Origin: Spirochaetaceae bacterium
Lineage (GTDB): Bacteria > Spirochaetota > Spirochaetia > UBA9216
Direction of reading: 5' to 3'
Assembly (NCBI GenBank): GCA_028527945.1
Contig: JAQQAK010000013.1
Span: 1-34,675, forward strand
DNA length: 34,675 nucleotides
Positions 1 to 8,957 of the stretch are shown here, piece after piece (position 1 is the stretch's first letter; each line of letters opens with the position of its first letter). The translations under genes and the position numbers were made by a program. The notes below the pieces were generated by a model. That model ran no database searches. It was given only the letters and a program-made list of their open reading frames with translations, and had not been told where the DNA came from.

Positions 1-281
1 TTATCTTTTTTCTTGCCTTTCTCTTCTTTTTTTGCTTCTTTAACTTCAGTTGCAGAGATTGTTAAAAGATTATTGTCAATTTTTATTTCAACATCATCTT
101 TTCCGTATCCTGGAAGTTCTATACTTAGTTCAAAGTTTTCGTTGTTTTCTACAACGTCAACTGCCGGAAATCTTGCAGCTTCGTAATTTGACAGATTGTT
201 ACCAAACATTGATTCCATCATTCTGTCCATCTCATCGAATACGTTTGTTCTTCCTGGTCTGTAAGTTGTTAATGTTGTCAT
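1..281 (-). CDS. Hsp20/alpha-crystallin family small heat shock protein (runs off the left edge, 3' truncated)
   Basis: Manual translation from ATG at 281: MTTLTTYRPGRTNVFDEMDRMMESMFGNNLSNYEAARFPAVDVVENNENFELSIELPGYGKDDVEIKIDNNLLTISA... The PAVDVVE...ELPG.GK.DVEI.I.NN.LTIS pattern is typical of Hsp20. AGGAG SD at 289-293 (minus). Not in the ORF track because no stop lies in the window. Confidence 0.92.
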   Translation of the reverse strand, partial: MTTLTTYRPGRTNVFDEMDRMMESMFGNNLSNYEAARFPAVDVVENNENFELSIELPGYGKDDVEIKIDNNLLTISATEVKEAKKEEKGKKKD

Positions 282-331
282 ATCTAATCTCCTTATATGA
301 TTGTTTGTTTTCATCTTTCAGTAATATATAA

Positions 332-348
332 AGCATAGAGCGTGCCAA
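332..348 (-). promoter_or_regulatory. sigma-54 (RpoN) -24/-12 promoter of the Hsp20 gene
   Basis: Minus strand reads TTGGCACGCTCTATGCT, against consensus TGGCACG-N4-TTGCW, with exact GG-N10-GC spacing; about 50 bp upstream of the Hsp20 start. Confidence 0.8.
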
Positions 349-423
349 AAAATACAAAACCTGTTAAATTTTATTATAAATAATGTAACTACTTATTATA
401 TAAAGAATTATATAAAATAGTAT

Positions 424-458
424 TTTATATAATGTTCATATTAAGAACATTATATAAA
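424..458. repeat. Perfect 14-bp inverted repeat with 7-nt spacer
   Basis: TTTATATAATGTTC (424-437) - ATATTAA - GAACATTATATAAA (445-458). Confidence 0.7.
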
Positions 459-476
459 TGATAATTCAATGATAAG

Positions 477-533
477 TGTGTCAATATTTCTTATTTGAAA
501 TTTCAAGGAATGATGATGTGTCAATATGATACA
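477..533. promoter_or_regulatory. Candidate tandem enhancer (bEBP binding) sites
   Basis: TGTGTCAATAT repeated at 477-487 and 517-527 (40 bp apart). The second copy extends to the near-palindrome TGTGTCA-ATA-TGATACA. About 155-210 bp upstream of the predicted sigma-54 start. Confidence 0.5.
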
Positions 534-566
534 GCAGATTTGGGTTATTATACTAAAAAGGGTCAA

Positions 567-595
567 TTGAACATATTATGATTTCAGCTCATAAT
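567..595 (+). promoter_or_regulatory. sigma-70-type promoter of the M16 peptidase gene
   Basis: TTGAAC-17nt-CATAAT; GGAGG SD before the ATG at 621. Confidence 0.5.
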
Positions 596-620
596 ACTAA
601 ACAGAATTCTGGGAGGAATT

Positions 621-3437
621 ATGCAAATCAACACAATTTTTAAAAAAATTATCATACTTCTATTCGCAACAACTATGTTTATGGTTTTATCCTGCAAAGT
701 AAAAACTCAGGATTCAGCGAATGGGCAGCCTATACCTTTAGCTCCAGAAGTAAGAACCGGTGTTCTTGATAATGGACTAACATATTATATTCTTCCAAAC
801 AAGAAACCAGAAGATCGTGTTTCTCTCCGGCTTGCTGTAAATGCAGGTTCAGTACTTGAAGAAGACGACCAGCGTGGTCTTGCTCATTTTTGTGAGCATA
901 TGGCTTTTAATGGAACAGAACATTTTGAAAAATCAGCTCTTGTTGATTATCTTGAATCTATAGGTATGAAATTTGGTCCAGAGATAAATGCCTACACAGG
1001 TTTTGATGAAACTGTATACAAACTTGAAATACCAACAGATGATGAGCAGATCGTCAATAATGGTTTTCAGGTGCTTGAAGACTGGTCTCATCTTGTTAGC
1101 TATGATGATGAAGAGGTCGAAAAAGAACGAGGGGTTATTCATGAAGAATGGAGGCTCGGTAGAGGGGCTTCTGGACGTATCAGGGATAAACTTTATCCAG
1201 AACTTTTTAAGGGGTCCCGCTATGCGGAACGGCTTCCAATAGGTCTGGAAGATGTTTTTATGAACGCGCCTCCTCAAAGATTGAGAGATTTTTATAAAAA
1301 ATGGTACAGACCTGATTTAATGGCAGTTATTGTTGTTGGTGATATTGATCCAGATAAGGCTGAATCGTTAATAAAAAAACATTTTTCTTATCAGGCTCCT
1401 GAAAAGCCAGCAGTAAGAACTATATACCCTGTAAAAAAGACAACTGATAATAGTGTTCTTTTTATCTCAGACCCGGAGCTTTCTTATTCTATTGTTCAAA
1501 TTTATTCATTAACAGATCTTCCTCCTCAAAAGACTGAGGGTGATTACCGTGAAATGCTACTAAAAAGAATGGCCTGGCTTATGCTGAATCATCGGCTTGA
1601 TGAGCTGTCCAAAAGCGATAATCCGCCCTTTATTAATGCCAGCGGAAGAAGCGGTCAGCTTGTGAGAACTTCAGGTAGTATCAGTTGTGGCGCTTATACT
1701 GGTGATGACAAGGTTGAAGACGCGTTTACCGCAATGGTCTCCGAGCTTGAGAGAGCTAAGCGCTATGGCTTTACCGAGCCTGAACTAAAAAGAGTCAGGG
1801 CTGAGTTACTGGACTCTATAGAACAATACTATAATGAAAAAGATAATATTCCTTCACCTGATTTAGCTTCAGAACTTATTCAATATTATCTAAAAGATGT
1901 TTTTATGCCGGGACTTGATTCTGAATATGAAATGTATAAAAAGTTTGTTCCTGGCATTAGTCTTGATGACATCAACTCTTATGCTTCAGAAATGCTTCCT
2001 GAAGATGGGCGGACAGTAATGATTATTCATCCTGAAGGTTCATCTGTTCCAACTGAAGATAAGCTTCTTGATTTAATGAACAATGCATCTAAAATGGATA
2101 TTACTCCATATAAAACTGATGAACCAGACGGGGAGCTTGTTGATGATACACCTGATTCAGGTTCTGTAATAAGCAAAAAGACAGAAAGTGGGCTTGGGGC
2201 GGAGGTTTGGCATCTATCAAATGGTGCTGATGTTGTTATTAAGCAAACAGATTTCATGGATGATGAAGTCCTTTTTGGCGCTTTCAGCCGCGGAGGTTTG
2301 TCTCTTGATTCTGATAACGATTATTTTACAGGAAATTATGCCACAACAATTTTATCTCAAAGCGGAGTTGGCAAGTTTTCAGGAACACAGCTTGAGAAAA
2401 AACTTGCGGGACATGATATTGAGTTAATGCCTTATATAAACGATTACTATGAGGGGTTGGCGGGGAGTTTTTCACCTGACGAGCTTGATACCTTCATGCC
2501 TCTTTTGTATTTATATTTCACTCAGCCTAATTTTGACAGCGCCACAGTTGATAACATAAAGCAGAGACTTTTACCCATTATTGAAAAACGTGACGCGGAT
2601 CCGAATAATGTTTATAGCGACAAAATATCTGAAGTACTAACTCAGGGAGATTTCAGAAGTGAACCCCCTTCACCTGAAAAACTCAATGAAATAACAGCTT
2701 CTAAAGCTGAAAAGGTATATCGCGACAGATTTTCAGGAGCTGATGATTTTGTTTTTGTATTTACTGGCAATATTGATAAGGTTAAACTAGAAAAAGCTGT
2801 ATTAAAATGGATAGCGTCTATCCCCTCAGGGCCTGAAAAAGAGGTTCCGTTAGATAGGGGAGTAAGACCTCCCTCTGGAATAGTCTATGAAGAGGTTATT
2901 AAGGGAATATCTCCCCAAAGTAATAATCAAATATATTTTACAAAACCTCTCAGTTCTTGGAGCAAGGCTCTTCAGGTTAGGATTGTTTCTGCCTGTGATA
3001 TTCTTGAGACAATACTAAGAGAAAAAATTCGTGAAGATATGGGCGGCACATATAATATTTCAGTGAGCCCCTTTATTGAAAGAGAGCCATATCCGTCTGT
3101 TAAAATAGGTATTTCATTCGGATGTGATCCGGACAGGCTTGAAGAATTAACTTCTGTGCTTTTTAAAACAATAGAATCTGTTCAGGCAGGAGAGCTTGAC
3201 CAACATTATATTGACAGCCGGGAAGAGCAGTATCGCCGAAGTTACGAGACTAACATTAAACAGAATAATTACTGGTTGTATCAACTACAGAAAATTTATT
3301 CATTTAATGATGAGCCAAAGATTCTTCAACCTGAAGATTTTGATGAAATGGTTAGCCGTGAGGGAGTCATCGATACTGTAAAAATATATTTTGATACATC
3401 AAACTATATAAGCGTTGTTTTAAAACCAGAGAAATAA
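621..3437 (+). CDS. pqqL: M16 family (insulinase/PqqL-like) zinc metallopeptidase, probable lipoprotein
   Basis: 938 aa; inverted zinc motif GLAHFCEHMAF, NAYTGFDETVY, ER.VI.EE, Y.KWYRPD.M, second half starting LSNGA.V; N-terminal signal ending in VLSC (lipobox-like). Confidence 0.92.
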   Translation: MQINTIFKKIIILLFATTMFMVLSCKVKTQDSANGQPIPLAPEVRTGVLDNGLTYYILPNKKPEDRVSLRLAVNAGSVLEEDDQRGLAHFCEHMAFNGTEHFEKSALVDYLESIGMKFGPEINAYTGFDETVYKLEIPTDDEQIVNNGFQVLEDWSHLVSYDDEEVEKERGVIHEEWRLGRGASGRIRDKLYPELFKGSRYAERLPIGLEDVFMNAPPQRLRDFYKKWYRPDLMAVIVVGDIDPDKAESLIKKHFSYQAPEKPAVRTIYPVKKTTDNSVLFISDPELSYSIVQIYSLTDLPPQKTEGDYREMLLKRMAWLMLNHRLDELSKSDNPPFINASGRSGQLVRTSGSISCGAYTGDDKVEDAFTAMVSELERAKRYGFTEPELKRVRAELLDSIEQYYNEKDNIPSPDLASELIQYYLKDVFMPGLDSEYEMYKKFVPGISLDDINSYASEMLPEDGRTVMIIHPEGSSVPTEDKLLDLMNNASKMDITPYKTDEPDGELVDDTPDSGSVISKKTESGLGAEVWHLSNGADVVIKQTDFMDDEVLFGAFSRGGLSLDSDNDYFTGNYATTILSQSGVGKFSGTQLEKKLAGHDIELMPYINDYYEGLAGSFSPDELDTFMPLLYLYFTQPNFDSATVDNIKQRLLPIIEKRDADPNNVYSDKISEVLTQGDFRSEPPSPEKLNEITASKAEKVYRDRFSGADDFVFVFTGNIDKVKLEKAVLKWIASIPSGPEKEVPLDRGVRPPSGIVYEEVIKGISPQSNNQIYFTKPLSSWSKALQVRIVSACDILETILREKIREDMGGTYNISVSPFIEREPYPSVKIGISFGCDPDRLEELTSVLFKTIESVQAGELDQHYIDSREEQYRRSYETNIKQNNYWLYQLQKIYSFNDEPKILQPEDFDEMVSREGVIDTVKIYFDTSNYISVVLKPEK

Positions 3438-3453
3438 AGATTTTTTGATTTTT

Positions 3454-3478
3454 AACGGGGGAGTTTTATTCCCCCGTT
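3454..3478 (+). terminator. Stem-loop / probable intrinsic terminator after the M16 gene
   Basis: AACGGGGGA-GTTTTAT-TCCCCCGTT. Confidence 0.7.
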
Positions 3479-3526
3479 TATAGACAATTATGATAATAAA
3501 AAATTGATGATTCAGCATAACAAGTT

Positions 3527-3555
3527 TTGAAATTCCCTCTATTATAAAATATAAT
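3527..3555 (+). promoter_or_regulatory. sigma-70 promoter of the AraC gene (near-leaderless)
   Basis: TTGAAA-17nt-TATAAT, ending 8 nt before the ATG at 3564; no SD. Confidence 0.65.
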
Positions 3556-3563
3556 ATTTTGAA

Positions 3564-4472
3564 ATGGATAATAAGAAAATAAAATTAATAAAAGAAACAA
3601 TTTTGTATATAGAAGAAAAAATAAATGAACCTTTATCACTGGAAGTAATATCCAAAGATGTTGGAATATCATTGTCGCATTTGCATCGTGTGTTCAGCTC
3701 TCTTACCGGAGAACCTCTGATGACATATATTCGAAAAAGAAAATTGAGTTCCAGTATTAATGAGTTGTTAAAATCTAATCTGTCAATTCTTGATATTGCG
3801 CTGGAATATGGATTTGACTATGAACAAAGTTATATAAGAGCTTTTAATCAGTATTTTAATATAACTCCGGCACAATATAGAAAGCATGGCGGCGAGCTAA
3901 AGGTAACAGTCCCCATAGATTTGAGTAAAAGTGAAAGTATTGGTGAAGGTCTTTTTCTTGAACCCACATTTATCTGGAAAAGCGGTTTGCGAATACAAGG
4001 CTATCGTGACACAATTGTCCATAGAGAAAATTACGATGAGCAAACAACAAACCAGCAGGTTGAATACTATAGAAAGAATTATTTACCGCTGATAAAAGGA
4101 ATTATAAACGAAAATATTTACATTGGCCTTGTTATGTATTCTGATAATACAACTTATTGTAACGATTACCTCACCGGTACAATTGTTTCGGATGACTACG
4201 TGACAGTCAAAGATTTATCTATCATAAACTTACCTTCTTCTGAATATGCTGTATTTAAATATATTGGTTTTCACAGTCCTTTTGAAATAACATATAAGTT
4301 ATTGTTTCAGATATATGAATATATTTTTGGAACATGGATGAATCAGAATATTTATTCAGGGAAAACTAATTACCATTTCGAACAAGTTAATAGAGATCTC
4401 TGTAATGATGATTATTGTGAAATGGATATTTATATTCCTGTTGGAAAGGTTTTTGCGAAAGTGGATTTATAG
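3564..4472 (+). CDS. AraC family transcriptional regulator with C-terminal GyrI-like effector domain
   Basis: N-terminal double HTH (YIEEKINEPLSLE...SHLHRVF...ILDIALEYGFDYEQSYIRAF...TPAQYRK); C-terminal LPSSEYAVF...YEYIFGTW...EMDIYIPV is typical of the GyrI-like domain. Confidence 0.92.
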   Translation: MDNKKIKLIKETILYIEEKINEPLSLEVISKDVGISLSHLHRVFSSLTGEPLMTYIRKRKLSSSINELLKSNLSILDIALEYGFDYEQSYIRAFNQYFNITPAQYRKHGGELKVTVPIDLSKSESIGEGLFLEPTFIWKSGLRIQGYRDTIVHRENYDEQTTNQQVEYYRKNYLPLIKGIINENIYIGLVMYSDNTTYCNDYLTGTIVSDDYVTVKDLSIINLPSSEYAVFKYIGFHSPFEITYKLLFQIYEYIFGTWMNQNIYSGKTNYHFEQVNRDLCNDDYCEMDIYIPVGKVFAKVDL

Positions 4473-4536
4473 CAAGAATTGTTCATTTTGATGCTTTGCT
4501 TTTAGATAAAATATAAAAAAAGCAGGAGGCGTTTTT

Positions 4537-5595
4537 ATGAAGAATAAAATAATTATTATTTTAATGATGATCTTATGTATAGCCTTTTCAGGGTGTACAA
4601 CGAAAAAATCTGATAATGAAGGATCCAAGTCTTTTACAAGAGTTCCTGATATTGAAATTCAGAAACAAATTGAAGAGGCCAATGGCAAAGATTTTAGAAT
4701 AATCGACTTATCATATTATTCCAGGGCAATAAGTTCAAATACCATTGGTGATACTCCAACCAGGACTGTTAGTGTGTATCTTCCGCCGGATTACTTTGAT
4801 AATGATCATAAAACTTATCCTGTCATATATTTTCTTGATGGATATGAGTGTAACGCAAAAAGTTTTCTGAGAAGAAACAAAGTGTCTCTTGATAAAGCAT
4901 TTAATGAAAAAAATGCCTTTCTTATGGTTGCCGTTGACGGAAATAATATTTCTGGTGGATCATTTTATGTAAATTCTCCTGTTAGCGGGAACTGGGAGGA
5001 TTATCTTTCTCAGGAACTTGTATCTCTGATTGACAACAATTTTAGGTCAAAACCAGGCAGCCAATATCGTGGCCTTTCAGGATATTCAATGGGAGGTTTT
5101 GGAGCTTTGTATACCGCTTTCAGGCATCCTGATATATTTGGCTCAGTTATGGTTTTTGCGCCTGGAGCTTTTGCAGAAGAAGATATAGATATGGTGATGA
5201 AGAGTTGGCGGGGCGATCGAAGACTTCTGACTTCTTACGCGCAAGCTTTCTCGCCTGATGCAGCAGTAGAAAAAAATCAAGGAAATATTCCCTCCTTTGA
5301 CGGTTCTGATAGTGACCAGATTTATGTTGATAACTGGTTGAATGGTTTTAGTGGCTGGCAGAAAAAGATAGACAACTACCTTGGACAGCAGGCAAGATTA
5401 AACGCAATTGCAATTGCTTATAGTGAAAGTGATTATTACAAATGGATTCCGGGAGGTTGTAAACATCTGGATAAATTATTAACAGATAGTAAGATTGAAC
5501 ATGAGATCTACAATTACAAAGGTGGGCATATTGTCCCTAGAGGCTTTATAGAGTCTTATTATACGCCATTCTTTGGAGCCGTTTTTAATAAATAA
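4537..5595 (+). CDS. Alpha/beta hydrolase, putative esterase family, lipoprotein
   Basis: VYLPPDY, YPVIYFLDG, nucleophile elbow GYSMGG, C-terminal GGH; signal peptide ending AFSGC; GGAGG SD. Confidence 0.88.
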   Translation: MKNKIIIILMMILCIAFSGCTTKKSDNEGSKSFTRVPDIEIQKQIEEANGKDFRIIDLSYYSRAISSNTIGDTPTRTVSVYLPPDYFDNDHKTYPVIYFLDGYECNAKSFLRRNKVSLDKAFNEKNAFLMVAVDGNNISGGSFYVNSPVSGNWEDYLSQELVSLIDNNFRSKPGSQYRGLSGYSMGGFGALYTAFRHPDIFGSVMVFAPGAFAEEDIDMVMKSWRGDRRLLTSYAQAFSPDAAVEKNQGNIPSFDGSDSDQIYVDNWLNGFSGWQKKIDNYLGQQARLNAIAIAYSESDYYKWIPGGCKHLDKLLTDSKIEHEIYNYKGGHIVPRGFIESYYTPFFGAVFNK

Positions 5596-5607
5596 AGCAT
5601 AAGCTAT

Positions 5608-5642
5608 ATAGTTCTATTCTGAAAAGGGTAGAACTATTTTTT
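5608..5642 (+). terminator. Intrinsic terminator after the esterase gene
   Basis: ATAGTTCTATTCT-GAAAA-GGGTAGAACTAT followed by a T run. Confidence 0.7.
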
Positions 5643-5757
5643 ACAAAACTTTTCTCAACCTGTTAATAAAGCAACGTTAGTGTTGTAGTTTTACATTAAG
5701 TGTGTTGATTCTTTGGTAAATTTATGAACAAGACTGCTAATTAAATTTCTTTCTTGG

Positions 5758-5786
5758 TAGTCAAAATTCTATTGGTTTGATATATT
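5758..5786 (+). promoter_or_regulatory. Candidate sigma-70 promoter of the cyclase operon
   Basis: TAGTCA-17nt-TATATT with TG extension. Confidence 0.4.
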
Positions 5787-5838
5787 TAAGTATCTCTAAT
5801 TGATTAATATATCCAAGTATATTTATTGGGTGGTAAGT

Positions 5839-7536
5839 GTGGGCTCATCGAATAAAAAGGCTTTTTATAAAGTCGGTAATACAACAGTAGTACCATTATA
5901 TGTTAAACTTGTAATTATCTTTGTCTTCTTTATGTTGCTTAGTAATTTTGTTTCTAATTATATAAATATCATGTATAACAGAAGCACTCAAATCTCATTA
6001 CTTAATGAACTTTTAGTAAAGGAACTTAAAGAAAACTATATTTTTGCCTCCAATCAATTTCAGATTTATTCTTTTGATGAAAATTTGCCGGAAAGTGTAG
6101 AAAGTCTCACGAAGGCTGCCGGAAAAACACTTTTCAGGAAGCATGCTCTTGCGTTTGCTCTTAGGAAAGATGGCTCTTTTTTATATTTCAGTAATAAAGA
6201 TTTTCCATTGGGAAAGTTTACAGATACAGAAGCTCTGAAGTTTCTTATTGATAATACTGAAAAAGGAATAAGTGAGGGGAGTTTTAATTTCAGGATTGAT
6301 GGTTATGAATTCCTTGGTGTCTACAAGTATCATTCAGATTGGGATGCTTATCTTATACGCGCGGAGGATGAAGATTCATTTTACGCAGAGTCCAGAAAAA
6401 TTTTCAGAAAGATTATTATCTTTATTATAGGTGTTACTCTCTTTTCAATGATAATTGGTATTTGGGTTTTTAAACGTTTATTGAGATATATAGACTATAT
6501 TACTCAACAAATAATGAAAATGCAGGAAAATCAGGAATTATCTATTGTCGATCTTAAGGGCGCTCCAAACGATGATATTACCTATTTGGGAGCGTCTTTT
6601 AATCAGTTATCATCTTCTATAACAACCCTTATGGGTATATTCAGGAAATTTGTTACAGATGATATTGCCAAAAAAGCGTATGAAGAAAAACAAATACGTC
6701 TTGAAGGGGCCAAGAGTGAATTGGCAATACTCTTTTCTGATATTAAGGGTTTTACTTTTATGACAGAAACCCTTGGTAATGACATTATCAATCTTCTTAA
6801 CCTTCATTATGATCAGGCCATCAGATATGTAGCAGAAGATAATGGAGTGGTTGCTTCTATAATTGGAGACGCGCTTCTTGCTGTATATGGAACAATGGGT
6901 GACAATGAAAATAAATCTCTTCAAGCTATTCATTCAGCTTATTCAATACAGGATGTTGCAATGCGGCTAAGACGCAATATGCAGGCCAAAAAAGAAAATA
7001 TTGTAGGCCGAAAGGGTGCTTTAACAAGCCGTCAGGAGAAAGTTTATAAAGCTGTATTAATCGAAGTTGGAGTTGGAATAGATAAGGGAGAGGTTTTTTA
7101 CGGTAATATAGGTAGTTACGTGAGAATGACTAATACTGTAATTGGCGACAACGTAAATTCCGCATCAAGACTTGAAGGGCTTACCAGAATATATAAAATA
7201 CCGGTTATTGTTTCAGATTCTGTTCGAGAAGAAGCAGAAGCTGACAGCGCTAATTTATATTATTTTCTGGAAATAGATCAGGTTCAAGTTAAGGGAAAAA
7301 CCTATGGCAAGAGAATTTTCTGGCCGATAAAAAAAGAAGTTATAGATCCTGATATGGAAAATTCTATTAATAAATTCAAACAGGGGCTTCAGCTATATTA
7401 CGATGGCGAATGGGATGAAGCTCTTCCTCTAATGAAAGCAGTGGGACTCCCCCTTGCAGAGGTATTTATAGAGAGAATGCTTCCCGGACAAATACCTTCT
7501 GACTGGAGTGGTGTATGGGCGATGACGAGCAAATAA
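5839..7536 (+). CDS. Membrane-bound class III adenylate/guanylate cyclase (2 TM, periplasmic sensor, HAMP-like linker)
   Basis: LFSDIKGFT, IIGDALLAVYG, GVGI..GEVFYGNIGS, TVIGDNVNSASRLE, VKGK motifs; two hydrophobic segments flank a ~145-aa extracytoplasmic region; DDITYLGASFNQL is HAMP-like. Start placed at GTG 5839 (GGTGG upstream); the ORF is open from TTG 5800. Confidence 0.9.
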   Translation: MGSSNKKAFYKVGNTTVVPLYVKLVIIFVFFMLLSNFVSNYINIMYNRSTQISLLNELLVKELKENYIFASNQFQIYSFDENLPESVESLTKAAGKTLFRKHALAFALRKDGSFLYFSNKDFPLGKFTDTEALKFLIDNTEKGISEGSFNFRIDGYEFLGVYKYHSDWDAYLIRAEDEDSFYAESRKIFRKIIIFIIGVTLFSMIIGIWVFKRLLRYIDYITQQIMKMQENQELSIVDLKGAPNDDITYLGASFNQLSSSITTLMGIFRKFVTDDIAKKAYEEKQIRLEGAKSELAILFSDIKGFTFMTETLGNDIINLLNLHYDQAIRYVAEDNGVVASIIGDALLAVYGTMGDNENKSLQAIHSAYSIQDVAMRLRRNMQAKKENIVGRKGALTSRQEKVYKAVLIEVGVGIDKGEVFYGNIGSYVRMTNTVIGDNVNSASRLEGLTRIYKIPVIVSDSVREEAEADSANLYYFLEIDQVQVKGKTYGKRIFWPIKKEVIDPDMENSINKFKQGLQLYYDGEWDEALPLMKAVGLPLAEVFIERMLPGQIPSDWSGVWAMTSK

Positions 7537-8957
7537 AAGATATTATTCCCTCCGAAAGACTTGTAGAACAGACTCGAAAGGCATTTCTTGAAGGTGCAAT
7601 TATCGATCCGGATGAAGGTTCCAACACCTATGATTTGGATGCTGAATTCGCAAAAACCAAAAAGAATAAAGACTGGAGATTATATATAGTCCTTGTTATG
7701 TTCTTTCTGGTTTTTGCTGTGGGCGGCTTTTTTGTTTACAGATTTATGTCTGATAAAAATAGAAATATACCAGTTCATATAGAGTATTTTGAAGAATTAC
7801 GTTTAAGAGAACTTCTTGATGCCAGCAAAAAGAATGAAAACGAATTAAATAATGCCAAAGAAGCTTTACAGGCCTTAGAAGAAGAACGTGACAGTCAAAT
7901 AGCATTACTACAGAAAAAACTTGATCAGGCCGTAAATCTTTTGAAAGATGAAGGTTATTCAAGGTCTGAGTTTAATAGGCGAAAACAAAAGCTTATAGAT
8001 GACGAATCTGTTCAGATTGATGCTATTAAAGCTCAGTATGGTCCTCTTATTGCGGAGCAGCAAACCAAGGTTAATGATATTCAGGCTAAAATAGACCAAT
8101 CTGATTCAAGGTTTATGGAGCAGGCAAAAGAGCAGGAAAAAATCCTGAATAATCAGCAGCGTGTTTTTGAGCTTGAAAAGCAGAAGGTTGTAGATATTTA
8201 TGAAGAAAAGCTTCGTAATATGGAAGCTTCTTACACAAATGAAATAGAATCCATTAAAGAAAATAATGAAAAGAAACTTGCTCAGCTGAGAAGGCAGAAA
8301 GATGCTGAGATTAGACGCCAGTTCAAGCTCTATAATCCTTCTTTCAAGGATCGCTCTGCTGAAATAATTGCAGGTTATAATCCTGATACATACGAGATCG
8401 ATGATAAGGTTCTTTTTCCTTTTCAGAAGATCTACGAAGATGAGAATATTTATTCTGAAAGCGATCTCGATGACAGATATGAAAGTTTTTCAAAAATGCA
8501 GGCTATTTTGGGACAGTTGCAGGAAGTTCCATATGAAAACTCTCTACCTCCGGCTTTTACATTTCTTCAGGCTGAAGGGTTGGAAATTGTCGGAGATTAT
8601 GAAAGACAGGTCTATCAGGCTGGTAAGACTTTACAGAAAAAAACAGATCTTATAGCCAAGCTGGAAAAAGCTCAGTCCAGATTGTTATTTGGATTAGAAC
8701 AATATGCTCAGACTCAACGAGAGTCCGGTTTTATAATAGACGCGAGAGACCCTGAAAAAATATTGATAATTCTTAATTCACTGCTTCCTGAACCGGAATC
8801 TCAGGAAGCCTGGATATTCCGTAAGAATGATGTTCTAATCGGAAAAGTTGAAATTTGGCGGGAGGATGATTCGGATTGGGCTAAGGTCATAAGCCTTACA
8901 AATCCGGAACAGCCTATTCAGTCTTTTGACAAAGTTGTCGTACAGGTGGAACAATGA
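7515..8957 (+). CDS. Hypothetical single-pass membrane protein with long coiled coil and C-terminal beta-rich domain
   Basis: 480-aa ORF; TM at about aa 55-78; E/K/Q/L-rich heptads at about aa 90-270; overlaps the cyclase stop; GGAG SD. Confidence 0.85.
   Translation: MGDDEQIKDIIPSERLVEQTRKAFLEGAIIDPDEGSNTYDLDAEFAKTKKNKDWRLYIVLVMFFLVFAVGGFFVYRFMSDKNRNIPVHIEYFEELRLRELLDASKKNENELNNAKEALQALEEERDSQIALLQKKLDQAVNLLKDEGYSRSEFNRRKQKLIDDESVQIDAIKAQYGPLIAEQQTKVNDIQAKIDQSDSRFMEQAKEQEKILNNQQRVFELEKQKVVDIYEEKLRNMEASYTNEIESIKENNEKKLAQLRRQKDAEIRRQFKLYNPSFKDRSAEIIAGYNPDTYEIDDKVLFPFQKIYEDENIYSESDLDDRYESFSKMQAILGQLQEVPYENSLPPAFTFLQAEGLEIVGDYERQVYQAGKTLQKKTDLIAKLEKAQSRLLFGLEQYAQTQRESGFIIDARDPEKILIILNSLLPEPESQEAWIFRKNDVLIGKVEIWREDDSDWAKVISLTNPEQPIQSFDKVVVQVEQ

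Noticed and set aside
50-331. Plus-strand 93-aa ORF
   Set aside because: It is the antisense shadow of the Hsp20 gene, which has a family motif, SD and promoter on the minus strand.
5640-5740. DnaA-box-like words (TGTTAATAA, TTATGAACA)
   Set aside because: Two or more mismatches each, few copies, no dnaA/dnaN context.
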